Source: an uncultured Verrucomicrobiae bacterium
GTDB taxonomy: Bacteria; Verrucomicrobiota; Verrucomicrobiia; Chthoniobacterales; JAATET01
DNA length: 64,000 nt
Assembly: GCA_963719495.1 (NCBI GenBank)
Contig: CAVRCI010000015.1
Coordinates: 96,001 to 160,000 of the forward strand
Direction: 5' to 3'
The notes under the pieces were generated by a model. The model was not told the origin of the DNA, did not search any database, and saw nothing but the letters and a program-made list of their open reading frames with translations. Both the position numbers and the translations under genes were made by a program. Shown here in pieces: positions 30,362 to 40,868 of the stretch. Position 1 is the first letter of the stretch, and every line of letters begins with the position of its first letter.

Positions 30362-31393
30362 TTATTGGATCTTGTTGAACGACTTTGGGTCGAACGCGTC
30401 GCGGACGCCTTCGCCGACGAAGGCGGTGAGGAGGAGGGTGACGAAGAGGGCGGCGACGGCGGAGGAGGCGACCCAGGGCGCGTAGAGATTCTCGAGACCC
30501 TGCTGGATCATTTCACCCCAGCTGGAGGTCGGCGGTGGGAGGCCGAAGCCGAGGAAGTCGAGGGCGGTGAGCGACGAGATGCCGCCGACGATCATGAAGG
30601 GGAGGAGGGTGATGACGGGGGTCATGGCGTTGGGCAGAATCTGGCGGAAAAGGATGTTGAAGGTGCTGGAGCCGAGGTTGCGGGAGGCGAGGACGTAGGG
30701 CTGCTCGCGGAGTTTGAAGAATTCGCCACGGAGGTAGTAGGAAAGGCCGATCCACTGGAAAATCGCCATGACGAAGAGGAGGATCGTAAAACTCTGGCCG
30801 TAGATCGAGCCCATGAGGATGACGACGTAGAGAAATGGGAGGGCGGACCAGACCTCGATGAGGCGCTGGACGACGAGGTCGACTTTGCCGCCAAGGTATC
30901 CTTGGACGCCGCCGATCACGATGCCGAGGACGGTGCTGATCGCGGCGAGGGCGAGGGCGAAGAGCATGCAGATGCGGAAGCCGTAAATGAGCCGGGCGAG
31001 GACGTCGCGGGCGGCGTTGTCGGTGCCGAGCCAGTGTTGGGCGGAGGGCCGGTGGGGTGGCGCTCCGTCGAGGTCGAGGTAGGGGTGGAGCGGATCGTGC
31101 GGGATCGGGGGGAGGATCATCCAGCCGCCGGCTTCCTTGAAGGCGGGGTCGGTGCGGAGCTGAAGGTAGTTGGCTTCGGTGCGGTATGGGCCGCCGAAGG
31201 TCTGGCCGCTGTAGAATTTGACCGTGGGGAAGTGGAGCTTTCCTTCGTAGCCGAGGACGAGCGGGTGGTCGTTGACGAGTTGTTCACTGAAGAGCGAGAC
31301 GACGAAGGCGGTGGTGAGGATGAGCAGCGACCACCACGCCCGCTTGATGGAGCGGAACTTCCGGAATTTGTCGCGGGTGACGGGTGAGAACAC
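30362..31393 (-). CDS. Peptide ABC transporter permease (YejE/OppC-like)
   Basis: HWLGTD..RDVLARLIYGFR, EAA-like YVLASRNLG, LDFLGFGLP, GEGVRDAFDP. Confidence 0.9.
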   Translation of the reverse strand: MFSPVTRDKFRKFRSIKRAWWSLLILTTAFVVSLFSEQLVNDHPLVLGYEGKLHFPTVKFYSGQTFGGPYRTEANYLQLRTDPAFKEAGGWMILPPIPHDPLHPYLDLDGAPPHRPSAQHWLGTDNAARDVLARLIYGFRICMLFALALAAISTVLGIVIGGVQGYLGGKVDLVVQRLIEVWSALPFLYVVILMGSIYGQSFTILLFVMAIFQWIGLSYYLRGEFFKLREQPYVLASRNLGSSTFNILFRQILPNAMTPVITLLPFMIVGGISSLTALDFLGFGLPPPTSSWGEMIQQGLENLYAPWVASSAVAALFVTLLLTAFVGEGVRDAFDPKSFNKIQ

Positions 31394-31449
31394 GGGGTGG
31401 GATGGAGCGGTGAGTGGAGTGCGGCTTCGCCGATGGGTTGGGTCGGCGA

Positions 31450-31920
31450 TTACAAATCGCCGCTCCTCGAGGGGGGCCATCTTTTTGGGGTGACTTCGAG
31501 GTTCGTTTTCGCCGCTAGAGCGCGCTGGCGGCGATCGAAGGAACAGAATTCGGTGCAACGGCATTCCAGGGCGGCGGCTACGTGGAGGATGTCGAGGCTT
31601 CGGGTGCCAATGGCGGTGGCGTGGCTCAAGGACAATTCCTCGGCTCGGCCAAAGACTTGGATCAGGTCGTAGTCGGGTAGCCTGAGGCGTCCCGCAGCGG
31701 AATCCGCAGCGACGAGCCGGAAAATTTTTCGCTGTTCGGCGGCGGTCAACTCGCCGCGGAACGTCTTGAGCCGAATCGCGGTGAGAAGCTCGATCCGATG
31801 AATGTGCGTGAACGGGAGCGGAAGCGGAGCTTGCTCGACGAGGGCGATCGCGTGATCGGAGTCGAGCTCGTCGACATACAGCTTCACGAGCACACCGGTG
31901 TCGAAATAGGCGGTCACCAT
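31450..31920 (-). CDS. vapC: Type II TA toxin, PIN/VapC family
   Basis: AYFDTGVLVKLY..E, RSLDILHVAAA, SFDRRQ. Confidence 0.88.
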   Translation of the reverse strand: MVTAYFDTGVLVKLYVDELDSDHAIALVEQAPLPLPFTHIHRIELLTAIRLKTFRGELTAAEQRKIFRLVAADSAAGRLRLPDYDLIQVFGRAEELSLSHATAIGTRSLDILHVAAALECRCTEFCSFDRRQRALAAKTNLEVTPKRWPPSRSGDL

Positions 31921-32144
31921 TCCCCCCGGGCTTCGTCGATGGTCTCGCTGGTCCGGCCCGCCGCGGGTCGCACGAGGCGGGAGCGCAGGTCGGGCCAAGC
32001 GGCAGGCGAGGTTGTTCGCGGAGCGGGTGCGATGACCGCAAAGGGGCGGCCACGCTTCGTGATTTGAACCTTTTCGCCGGCTTCGATCCAACGGGAAACG
32101 AGTGGGAAGTCGTTGCGGAGATCGGCGACGGTGGCGGTTTTCAT
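31914..32144 (-). CDS. Type II TA antitoxin, Phd/YefM family
   Basis: MKTATVADLRNDF..GEKVQITKRGRPFAVI; overlaps the vapC start. Confidence 0.88.
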   Translation of the reverse strand: MKTATVADLRNDFPLVSRWIEAGEKVQITKRGRPFAVIAPAPRTTSPAAWPDLRSRLVRPAAGRTSETIDEARGEW

Positions 32145-32186
32145 ATGAGAGATTTAATCTCATTGTCGAGGGGCTGCAAGCGCGGC

Positions 32187-33194
32187 TCAATCGAAGCGGA
32201 TGCGGGGGTCGATGGCGACGTAGACTATGTCGCTGAAGAGGCGGCCGATCATGGTGAAGAAGCTGCTCAGAATGATGATGCCGAGGACGACATTGTAGTC
32301 GCGGCCGACGACGGAATTATACATGAGGAGTCCCATGCCATCGATGTCGAAGACCTTTTCGATGAGGAGGGCGGAGGCGAACATGGCGGAAAAAATGGAC
32401 CCGATGCCGGTGGCGATGGGGATGAGGGAGTTGCGGAAGACCTGCCGCCACACGGTGCGGCGGAACGAGAGGCCCTTGGCCATGGCGGTGCGGACGTAGT
32501 CGCGGTTGAGCTCGTCGAGGACGCTGTTCTTCATGAGGAGCGTGAGGACGGCGAACTCTCCGAGCATGTAGCAGAAGAGCGGGAGCACCATGTGGTGGAG
32601 GAAGTCGAGAACCTGATTGGTGGGCGAGAGGTATTCGAAATTGCCGGAAACGATGCCGCCGATCGGGAACCAATCGAGGTAACTGCCGCCGCCGAGGTAG
32701 ATGATGAGAAGGGTGCCGAGGGCGAAACCGGGGATCACGTAGGCGGCGAAGATGAGAATTGAACTGACCGAATCGCGGGCCGTGCCGTGGGACAGGGCTT
32801 TCCAGACGCCGAGTGGGATGGAGATGAGATAGGCCAGGAAGAAGGAGGTGAGACCGAAGAAGAGGGAGATCGGGATCTTGCTGGCGATCACGCCGAGGGC
32901 GGGTTGCTGGTAGACGTAGCTATTTCCGAAGTCGCCGCGGACGACGTTCCAGAGCCAGGTGAAGTAGCGAATGTAGGCGGGTTGATCGAAGCCGAAGTAG
33001 GCTTTGATGTTCGCGACTTCGGCGGCGGAGATGGTGGCACCGCCGGGGCGGGACGCGGCGGCGGCGCGGACTTTGCTGATGATCTCCTCGACGGGGCCGC
33101 CGGGGACGAACTGAATGAGAATGAAGCAGACGACCGAGATGCCGAGGAGCGTCGGCACCATGAGGAGGAGGCGACGGAGGATGTAGGTGGTCAT
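32187..33194 (-). CDS. Peptide ABC transporter permease (YejB/OppB-like)
   Basis: YILRRLLLMVPTLLGI, PGGPVE, YVRTAMAKGL, DPRIRF. Confidence 0.92.
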   Translation of the reverse strand: MTTYILRRLLLMVPTLLGISVVCFILIQFVPGGPVEEIISKVRAAAASRPGGATISAAEVANIKAYFGFDQPAYIRYFTWLWNVVRGDFGNSYVYQQPALGVIASKIPISLFFGLTSFFLAYLISIPLGVWKALSHGTARDSVSSILIFAAYVIPGFALGTLLIIYLGGGSYLDWFPIGGIVSGNFEYLSPTNQVLDFLHHMVLPLFCYMLGEFAVLTLLMKNSVLDELNRDYVRTAMAKGLSFRRTVWRQVFRNSLIPIATGIGSIFSAMFASALLIEKVFDIDGMGLLMYNSVVGRDYNVVLGIIILSSFFTMIGRLFSDIVYVAIDPRIRFD

Positions 33195-33340
33195 TTGCTA
33201 ATTTGAAATGCGGAATGCGGAATTAGAAATGAATGGGGAGTGAGGCTTCGCCTTGGGGTTGGTTCGGCAGCCGGAGCGAAGCGGAAACAGGCGAAGCCAA
33301 TTGCAAATCGCCGCTCGTTGAGTGGGGCGCTCCTTTTAAC

Positions 33341-33522
33341 AAACCTGTCATGTTGAGCGGAGCGAAACATCTCTGGCTTTTTGTATTTATGCGGCGTTTG
33401 TTGGAGAACCGGACGCGGGCGGATATGCGAGGGCTCTTTAAGTGTAAGCCAGAGATTGCCTTTTTGGTTGCTTGAAGAAGTGAAAGGCGGTCGATGGCTC
33501 TTCACTCCGTTCAGAATGACAG
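33341..33522. repeat. Inverted pair of family-A REP elements (MITE-like, about 180 bp)
   Basis: CTGTCATGTTGAGCGGAGCGAA ... TTCACTCCGTTCAGAATGACAG; 33450-33522 is nearly identical to 59502-59574. Confidence 0.7.
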
Positions 33523-33554
33523 ATTGGGGGACGGGGCGGCCTTCGGCTTTCTAG

Positions 33555-35342
33555 TTAATCCTGATAAGTGACTTGGGCGGGCTCGGCGGGGAGGTCGGTG
33601 TTGGTTTTCATCGCTTCCTTGAGGGCTGCGGCTTTCTTTTCGTCGAGCCACCAGTAGGTGAAGGCGGCGTCTTCTCGGTTGAACTTGTCCAGGACGTATC
33701 TCGGGGTGCCGTAGCGGTTCCAGTAGAGGAGGCGGGCTCCTCGGGATTGCCACATGAGGACGAACGGGGAGATCTCGACGAGGCGGGCGTCGATCTGGCG
33801 GAGGATGTCGTTGCGGACGGCGAGGTCGGGTTCGGTCTTCTGTTTTTCGATCAGGGCGTCGATCTGTGGGTCGGTGACGCCGGAGTAGTTGCCGGTGGCG
33901 ATCTCGTTGGCTTGCTCGGAGGACCAAGCTCCTTCGGGGTCGCGGAGACGACCGGCTCCAGTGGCGAGCCAGAAGACGTCGAAGTCCTGGGTGTCGGTGC
34001 GCTTGGTGAAGCTGGCGCGGGAGACGAGGTCGATCTTCGGGCGGATGCCGATGGCCTTGAGGTCCTGAACGTAAATGTTCATGTGGCGGAGGTCTTCGCC
34101 GTGAAAGAGGATGCTGAGGTCGAAGGGCTGACCGTCCTTGGCGAGGACGCCGTCGGCTCCGACTTCCCAGCCGGCTGCTTTCAGCAGGGCGCGGGCTTTT
34201 GACGGATCGTAAGGGATGGTCTCGATGGCGGGGTTGGTGTTCTCCGGGTAGAGGTCGGGGTAGTAGGAGTTGAGGAGGAAATACTGGTCGAACATGAGCT
34301 TCTCGTTCATGAGCGCCCGGTTGAAGACGAGGGCGAGGGCCTGGCGGACGCGGGGGTCCTGAAATTTTTCGCGGCGGAGATTGAGGACGAGGCCCTGGAC
34401 GCCCTTGGGTTCGCGGTTCTCGACTTCCTGGCGGACGACCCAGTTTTTCTGAACCTGCGGGAAGTTGGTTTTCTCGGCCCAGATCTGCGCGGTGTAGATC
34501 GGGTAGGCGTCGATTTCGCCTTTTTTGAAGACTTCGAGCATCTTGTTGCGGTCTTCCATGGAGATGAAGAGGAGGTGGTCGAAGTTGTATTTGCCGACGT
34601 TGTATTGCTTCACGCGGCCCCACCAATTGCCGCGGCGCTTGAGGCTGATCGAGCGGTTGGTCTTCACTTCTTCGATTTGGTAGGGGCCGCTGACGACGGG
34701 GAATTCGAAGTTCTGTTTGTTGAAGTCGACGTCCTTCCAGACGTGTTTGGGGAAGGCGGAGAGGCCAGCGGCGGTCCAGAAATTTCCCCAATGCGGCTCG
34801 GTCGCGGTGATGCGGATCGTATTCGCGTCGACGACTTCGGGGCGGGAGAAGCGTGAGAGGTCGACGCGAAAGAGGGACGTGAGATTTTTCTCGTTCATGA
34901 TGACGTCGTAGTAGAACTGGACGTCTTCGGCGGTGATGGGCTGGTCGTCGCTCCACCTGGCGCGCGGGTCGAGGTGGAAGGTGAAGGTTTTGCCGTCCTC
35001 GGAGGTCTCCCAGGAATCGGCGAGGAGGCCGATCGGCTCGTCCTTTGTCGAGTGGAGGGAGACGAGCGACTCGAACATGAGGTCGCAGACGTTCTTGGAG
35101 AACGAGTTGTAGTCGAGCCAGGCGTTGAGGGATTTCGGGAACGGGCCGCCCCAGGTGGCGAAGGTGCCGCCGCGCTGGGCGGTCGGGACCGCGATGGGGT
35201 CGGATTCGCCGGTGGTTTCGACCTGGACCGGGACGTCTTTGACGACCGGGGCGGCTGGCGTGGGCTGGTCGCCGCCGGGTCCGCAGGCGGCGAGGAGAAG
35301 CGTGGTGGCGGCGAGCAGGATGGGTGCGGCGTGGCGGGTCAT
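33555..35342 (-). CDS. Peptide ABC transporter substrate-binding lipoprotein (YejA-like, SBP family 5)
   Basis: Lipobox LLLAAC; GLLADSW, ARWSD..PITAEDV, SGPY, FQDPRVRQAL. Confidence 0.9.
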   Translation of the reverse strand: MTRHAAPILLAATTLLLAACGPGGDQPTPAAPVVKDVPVQVETTGESDPIAVPTAQRGGTFATWGGPFPKSLNAWLDYNSFSKNVCDLMFESLVSLHSTKDEPIGLLADSWETSEDGKTFTFHLDPRARWSDDQPITAEDVQFYYDVIMNEKNLTSLFRVDLSRFSRPEVVDANTIRITATEPHWGNFWTAAGLSAFPKHVWKDVDFNKQNFEFPVVSGPYQIEEVKTNRSISLKRRGNWWGRVKQYNVGKYNFDHLLFISMEDRNKMLEVFKKGEIDAYPIYTAQIWAEKTNFPQVQKNWVVRQEVENREPKGVQGLVLNLRREKFQDPRVRQALALVFNRALMNEKLMFDQYFLLNSYYPDLYPENTNPAIETIPYDPSKARALLKAAGWEVGADGVLAKDGQPFDLSILFHGEDLRHMNIYVQDLKAIGIRPKIDLVSRASFTKRTDTQDFDVFWLATGAGRLRDPEGAWSSEQANEIATGNYSGVTDPQIDALIEKQKTEPDLAVRNDILRQIDARLVEISPFVLMWQSRGARLLYWNRYGTPRYVLDKFNREDAAFTYWWLDEKKAAALKEAMKTNTDLPAEPAQVTYQD

Positions 35343-35552
35343 GATGGCGGTTGGGATCTTTCGCATGTTTGGCGGGTGGCGGCAAGGCGTTGGGGTGGGT
35401 GGGTGATTGGTGATTGGTGAGCACCGGAGCCTGGGAAGGCTCGGGGCAGACTGCGTCGGCTCTGCGACGCAGCCCGAAGGGCGAGACAAGCGGGAGCGAG
35501 CGAGTCAATGGTGAATGGTGAATGGGAAGGTGAGTTCGCTGCGCCCACTTTG

Positions 35553-35662
35553 GGTTGGTGCGGCGGTTGGAAACCGCCGTTCCTTGAAGGGTGTGGTCGG
35601 CGGTTGGAAACCGCCGCTCCTTGAAAGGTTTGGTCGGCGATTGGGAATCGCCGTTCCTCGAG
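35553..35662 (+). repeat. Three tandem REP-like hairpins with 37-nt period (GGCGRTTGGRAAYCGCCGYTCCT)
   Basis: Copies start at 35562, 35599 and 35636; related solo copies at about 31436-31472 and 57062-57098. Confidence 0.75.
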
Positions 35663-35721
35663 TGGTGGCTTGCTTTGGGGGTGGGGTGTGGTTGACTGGT
35701 CGGTTTCCACCAATTCGCCAA

Positions 35722-37041
35722 ATGAACGTTTTTCTCGAACCCAAGCCCAATTGCATCTCCACCCTCCGCGTCGAACTTCCACCCGATCAGGTGGAGAAGG
35801 AATGGCAGACGACGGCCAAGGCTTTTCAAAAGCAGGCGAAGATCCCCGGGTTTCGTCCCGGCAAAGCTCCGGCGGCCGTGATCGCGAAGCGCTACGAGGA
35901 CGACATTCGCGAGGAGGTGAAGAGCCGGCTGCTGCGTTCGTCGATGAACGAGGCGATCGCGCAGAAAAAGCTCAAGGTGATCTCGGTCGCGAAGGTGGAC
36001 GACGTCGAAATCGGCGCGGACAAGTCGATGAGCTACTCGGCGACGCTGGTGACGGCCCCGGATTTCGAAGTTCCGGAATACAAGGGCCTGGAAGTGGAGA
36101 TCGCGAAGAAGGACGTGACGGAAGCGGACGTCGAGGAGGCGCTCAAATCACTCGCCGAGCAGCATTCGGAGTTCGAGACCGTCGAGGGGCGGGCGCTGGC
36201 GATGGATGACTTCGCCGTGCTCACCTACGCCGGGACGTTGGACGGAAAGCCGCTCGCCGAGGCGGTCGAGAACTGCCCGCCGCTGTTGGCCGGGAAACCG
36301 AATTGGTGGATTCGGATGGCCCCCGCGACGCTGGCACCGGGATTTTGCGAAGCGCTCGTGGGGTTGAGCGTCGGCGAAGACCGGGCGTTCGACGTCGCGC
36401 TCCCGGAGGAGTTTCCGTTCGAGCCGCTGCGTGGGAAGACCGTCGCTTACACGTCGACGCTGCACGAGATCCGCGAGCGGAAGATGCCCGAATTCGACGA
36501 CGAACTCGCGTCGAAGATCGAGCCGGGCAAGACGATGCCGGAGTTGCGTGAGCGCATCAAGACGGAGCTCGACCGCTACGCCGATAACGAATTCGAGAGC
36601 GGGAAGCGGTCCGGGGCGATGAAGAAGCTTCTCGAAGCCGTGCGTTTCGATCTGCCGCAGGACATGGTGCGCAACGAGATGTCGGGCATCATGCGCGACA
36701 TCGTGCAGGAGAATCAGGGCCGCGGCGTGAGTGACGAGGAGTTGCAGGCGCACGAGAACGAGATCCAAGGCGCGGCCGAGCAGACGGCGCAGGAGCGGGT
36801 GCGCTCGACCTTCGTGCTGCTGCAGATCGCGGAGAAGGAGAAGATCACCGCGACGCAGCAGGAGCTGGCTTTCCACGTTACGCGGATGGCGGAGCGCTAC
36901 CAGATCCCGGTCAATAAGATGATCAAGGACCTGCAGAAGCGGAACGCGATCGGCAACATTCAGGAGCAGATTGTGGTCGGCAAGGCCCTTGATTTCGTTG
37001 CCTCCAATGTTACCGTGCGCGAGCCGGCCACAAAGGCGTAG
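35722..37041 (+). CDS. tig: Trigger factor
   Basis: [10 protein letters not shown] signature; FKBP-like middle region; precedes clpP-clpX. Confidence 0.95.
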   Translation: MNVFLEPKPNCISTLRVELPPDQVEKEWQTTAKAFQKQAKIPGFRPGKAPAAVIAKRYEDDIREEVKSRLLRSSMNEAIAQKKLKVISVAKVDDVEIGADKSMSYSATLVTAPDFEVPEYKGLEVEIAKKDVTEADVEEALKSLAEQHSEFETVEGRALAMDDFAVLTYAGTLDGKPLAEAVENCPPLLAGKPNWWIRMAPATLAPGFCEALVGLSVGEDRAFDVALPEEFPFEPLRGKTVAYTSTLHEIRERKMPEFDDELASKIEPGKTMPELRERIKTELDRYADNEFESGKRSGAMKKLLEAVRFDLPQDMVRNEMSGIMRDIVQENQGRGVSDEELQAHENEIQGAAEQTAQERVRSTFVLLQIAEKEKITATQQELAFHVTRMAERYQIPVNKMIKDLQKRNAIGNIQEQIVVGKALDFVASNVTVREPATKA

Positions 37042-37067
37042 GCCCTTCACTTCGAGAGACCGATTTT

Positions 37068-37688
37068 ATGCTGATACCCACCGTTATTGAACAGACTGGC
37101 CGCGGCGAACGCGCCTACGACATTTACTCGCGGCTCCTGAAGGATCGCATCATTTTCATCGGCACGGGGATCGACGACAACGTCGCGAACATCGTGATCG
37201 CGCAGTTGCTCTTCCTTCAGATGGAGGATCCGAAGAAGGACATCAGCATTTACATCAACTCGCCGGGCGGGTCGGTCACGGCTGGGATGGCGATTTACGA
37301 CACGATGCAATTCGTGACGTGCGACGTGAACACCTACTGCATGGGCATCGCGGCCAGCATGGGAGCGGTCCTCATGGCCGCCGGAACGAAGGGCAAACGC
37401 TACGCGCTGCCGAATTCCGACATCATGATTCATCAGGTTTCGGGCGGTGCGCAGGGACAGGCCAGCGACGTCGAGCGGCAGGTCGAGTTCATGTATAAGC
37501 TCAAGCGCCGGCTGAACAAAATCCTCGCCCACCACACCGGCAAGCCGGTCGAACAGGTCGAGAAGGACGCGGATCGCGATTATTACATGACGGCGGACGA
37601 GGCGAAGGAATACGGGCTGGTCGACGAGGTGGTGCAGTCGCGTAAGGAAGTGAAGCACCCGCTGGGCGACCACAAGCCGAGCGAATAG
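37068..37688 (+). CDS. clpP: ATP-dependent Clp protease proteolytic subunit
   Basis: [29 protein letters not shown]. Confidence 0.97.
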   Translation: MLIPTVIEQTGRGERAYDIYSRLLKDRIIFIGTGIDDNVANIVIAQLLFLQMEDPKKDISIYINSPGGSVTAGMAIYDTMQFVTCDVNTYCMGIAASMGAVLMAAGTKGKRYALPNSDIMIHQVSGGAQGQASDVERQVEFMYKLKRRLNKILAHHTGKPVEQVEKDADRDYYMTADEAKEYGLVDEVVQSRKEVKHPLGDHKPSE

Positions 37689-37697
37689 GACCGATTC

Positions 37698-38960
37698 GTG
37701 GCGCGGCCGTCCAACCTCACCATGTGCTCTTTCTGCGGGAAGAGCCACGCGGAGGTGCGCAAACTGATCGCCGGTCCCGGCGTTTACATTTGCGACAGCT
37801 GCATCACGGTCTGCAAGGGGATCCTCGATAAGGAGATCGGGGAGGAAACGCGCAAGACGGCGGCGGCGATCCGCGTGCCGAAGCCAGCGGACATCCGGCG
37901 TGAGCTCGACGCGCACGTGATTGGACAGAACACCGCGAAAAAGGTGCTCTCGGTCGCGGTGCACAATCACTACAAGCGCATCACTCAGAATGACGGCGGA
38001 GCGGTCACGCTCGACGAGCTGGCCGAGGTCGAGATCGAGAAGAGTAACATCCTGCTCATCGGACCGACCGGGTCGGGGAAGACGCTGCTCGCGCGGACGC
38101 TGGCGCGGGTGCTCGACGTGCCTTTTGCCATCGCGGACGCGACGGCGATCACCGAGGCGGGTTACGTTGGCGAGGACGTCGAGGGGATCATCCTGCGGTT
38201 GTTGCAGAGCGCGGATTACGACGTGAAGCGGGCGGAAGTCGGGATCATCTACATCGACGAAATCGATAAAATCGGACGGAAAACCGAGAACGTGAGCATC
38301 ACGCGCGACGTTTCCGGCGAGGGGGTGCAACAGGCGTTGCTGAAAATTCTCGAAGGGACGGTCTGCAACGTGCCGCCGCAGGCTGGGCGGAAGCACCCGC
38401 AGCAGGATTACATTCAAGTCGATACGCGGAATATTTTGTTCATCTGCGGCGGTGCGTTCGTCGGATTGGACAAGATCGTGCAGCGGCGTCTGGGTGCGAA
38501 GTCGATGGGTTTCCACGTGCGAGGGGGCGTGGCGGCGGACGAGGTGAGCGCGGCGGTGCATGCGGCCGAGCCGGAGGATTTGCTGTCGTTCGGGTTGATT
38601 CCCGAGTTTATCGGGAGGTTGCCGGTCGACGCAGTGCTCGATCCGCTCACCGAGGATGAGTTGGTGCAAATTCTGACCGACCCGAAGAATGCGATTGTGA
38701 AGCAATACGTGAAGCTGCTCGCGATGGACGGGGCGAATCTCAACGTCACGAAGGACGCGCTGCGGGCGCTGGCGGCGGAGGCGGTGCGGAAGGGGACGGG
38801 AGCGCGTGCGCTGCGGGCGATGATGGAGCGGATCATGCTCGACGTGATGTATGACGTGCCAAGCCGTGACGACGTGGCCGAGATCACGGTGAACCGGGCG
38901 GTCGTCGAGGGGCGGAAGGCTCCGATGATTCGGAAGCGGGTGGAGAAGGAGGCGGCCTGA
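37698..38960 (+). CDS. clpX: ATP-dependent Clp protease ATP-binding subunit
   Basis: CSFCGK zinc finger, [31 protein letters not shown]. Confidence 0.97.
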   Translation: MARPSNLTMCSFCGKSHAEVRKLIAGPGVYICDSCITVCKGILDKEIGEETRKTAAAIRVPKPADIRRELDAHVIGQNTAKKVLSVAVHNHYKRITQNDGGAVTLDELAEVEIEKSNILLIGPTGSGKTLLARTLARVLDVPFAIADATAITEAGYVGEDVEGIILRLLQSADYDVKRAEVGIIYIDEIDKIGRKTENVSITRDVSGEGVQQALLKILEGTVCNVPPQAGRKHPQQDYIQVDTRNILFICGGAFVGLDKIVQRRLGAKSMGFHVRGGVAADEVSAAVHAAEPEDLLSFGLIPEFIGRLPVDAVLDPLTEDELVQILTDPKNAIVKQYVKLLAMDGANLNVTKDALRALAAEAVRKGTGARALRAMMERIMLDVMYDVPSRDDVAEITVNRAVVEGRKAPMIRKRVEKEAA

Positions 38961-39055
38961 TCTAATTTCGGATTTTGGATTTCGAATTTTTATGAGAGTG
39001 AGCGCTTCGCGCTTTTGGGTGGTGATCGGCTGGAAGCCGATGCTACGTTGACTTC

Positions 39056-39625
39056 ATGACGGCTTTGCTGGAGACGGAGGGGGCTTTGTCAGTTGAGGAA
39101 TACCTCGAAGGGGAGCTTTTTTCCGACGTCAAGCACGACTACCTCGGCGGTTACGTCTACGCGATGGCGGGGGCGAGCGATCCGCACAACGTGATTGCGA
39201 TGAATCTTTACGGTTCTCTTCACGCTCAACTGAAAGGGAAAAAATGCCAACCTTTCGGCTCGGACATGAAGGTGCGGTTGCGGCAGGCCGAAGATACCTA
39301 CTTCTACTATCCGGACGCGATGATCTCGTGTGATCCGACCGACAGCGGAGACGGGTGGAAGGAACGGCCGACAGTTTTGTTTGAGATCCTGTCACCAAGC
39401 ACGCGTCGGATCGACGAGCGGGAAAAGCGGTTGGCGTATTCAAGCGTGCCGGGTCTGGAGGCCTACGTTCGAATCGAGCAAGACCGGGCATCGGTGACGG
39501 TGGATTGGCGGACGGAGTTCGGGTGGAAAGCGGAGGTTGCTTCGGGACTGGACGCCGTCGTTTCGTTGCCGGGAGTGGGCGTCGAGTTGGCGCTCGCCGA
39601 TCTCTACGAGCGACTCGAGTTGTAG
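39056..39625 (+). CDS. Uma2-family endonuclease
   Basis: YAMAGAS..H, YYPDAMISCD, EILSPST..D..EK. Confidence 0.9.
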   Translation: MTALLETEGALSVEEYLEGELFSDVKHDYLGGYVYAMAGASDPHNVIAMNLYGSLHAQLKGKKCQPFGSDMKVRLRQAEDTYFYYPDAMISCDPTDSGDGWKERPTVLFEILSPSTRRIDEREKRLAYSSVPGLEAYVRIEQDRASVTVDWRTEFGWKAEVASGLDAVVSLPGVGVELALADLYERLEL

Positions 39626-39629
39626 GGCC

Positions 39630-40805
39630 GTGGGCGGGTTCGCTTATTTGTTCGAACGGTTTCCGGCGTTTTCGCAGACGTTTTGTTTTCGAGAGGTCGC
39701 GGAGATGCGGCGGCAGGGCGTGGAATGTCTGGTGTCTTCGATTCGCGATCCGGATGGGCAGACGCGGCAGGATTTCCCGGAGGAATTGACCGGACTGACC
39801 CGGTATCTGCCAGGTTCGTTCGACGAGCGGATTCGGACGGATGGGCGGTTTCGGCGGGCGGCTCGAAAGGGGCAGGCAGAGATGGAGCGGGATTGGGGCG
39901 ACGTCTCGGAGAAGCGGCGGATCTACGAGGCGCTTTGGCTTGCGGAGGAATGGAAGGCGCGGAAGGTGAAGCACGTTCACGCGCACTTTGCCGGGATGGC
40001 GGCGCGGACCGCGTTTTGGCTGAAGCGGTTGGCGGGGATTTCGTATTCGTTCACCGCGCACGCGGATGACGTGTTCTGCGAGCGGGCGGAATCGCACCTG
40101 GCGGACCTGGTCGACGGGGCGGATTGGATCGCGACGGAGACGGATTTCAGCGCGCGATTTCTGCGCGAGAGATTTCCGAGCGCGGCGGGGAAGGTGCATC
40201 GAGTCTTTAATGGCATCGAATTGAAGCCAGAGCGGCGGGCGGCGGTCGCTGGTGACGAGCGACCGTTGATTCTCTCGATCGGGCGATACATCGAGAAGAA
40301 GGGGTTCGGCGATTTGATTGCGGCTTGCGAGCGGTTGGGCGAGCGGGATTTCGAGTGTCAGATTGTCGGGCAGGGGCCGATGGAGGGGGAATTGCAGAGG
40401 CAAATCGACGCGACGGAATTGGGGGAGCGGGTTCGGTTGACGGGGCCGAAGAGTCAGAGCGAGATCGACGAGTTGCTGAGCCGGTCGGCGGTGTTTGTGC
40501 TGGCTTGCCGGAACGCGGCGGATGGGGGGAGTGATAATCTGCCCACGGTCATCATGGAGGCGATGGCGGCGGGGGTGCCGGTCGTGTCGACGCGGGTCGC
40601 GGGAGTGCCGGAGATGGTCGACGATGGGGTGACGGGGTGGTTGTTGGATGAAGGGGACGTCGACGGAATCGCGGAGCGGGTGGGATTGCTTCTGGGCGAC
40701 CGGGATGCGGCGCGGCGGATGGGCGAGGCGGCGCGGGTGGCTTGCGAGGCGCGGTTTTCGGTTGGGCGGACGGTAGGGGTGTTGCGGGGTTTGCTGGGGG
40801 TTTGA
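39630..40805 (+). CDS. Glycosyltransferase family 4 (WcaL-like)
   Basis: FP..SQTFC.REV, HVHAHFA, GRYIEKKG, DNLPTVIMEAMA. Confidence 0.88.
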   Translation: MGGFAYLFERFPAFSQTFCFREVAEMRRQGVECLVSSIRDPDGQTRQDFPEELTGLTRYLPGSFDERIRTDGRFRRAARKGQAEMERDWGDVSEKRRIYEALWLAEEWKARKVKHVHAHFAGMAARTAFWLKRLAGISYSFTAHADDVFCERAESHLADLVDGADWIATETDFSARFLRERFPSAAGKVHRVFNGIELKPERRAAVAGDERPLILSIGRYIEKKGFGDLIAACERLGERDFECQIVGQGPMEGELQRQIDATELGERVRLTGPKSQSEIDELLSRSAVFVLACRNAADGGSDNLPTVIMEAMAAGVPVVSTRVAGVPEMVDDGVTGWLLDEGDVDGIAERVGLLLGDRDAARRMGEAARVACEARFSVGRTVGVLRGLLGV

Positions 40806-40868
40806 GCGGGAAAGTTCGAACGCTTCGCGCTTTTGGTTTGGTGATCGGCTGGAAGCCGATTCCACGTC

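Noticed and set aside
35553..35662. Possible CRISPR mini-array
   Set aside because: Only three degenerate units, linkers of about 11 nt that resemble each other, solo copies elsewhere, and no cas genes; fits a REP cluster
39056..39625. Uma2 endonuclease as part of a defence island
   Set aside because: Solitary gene of a commonly expanded family, with no methylase or other defence genes adjacent
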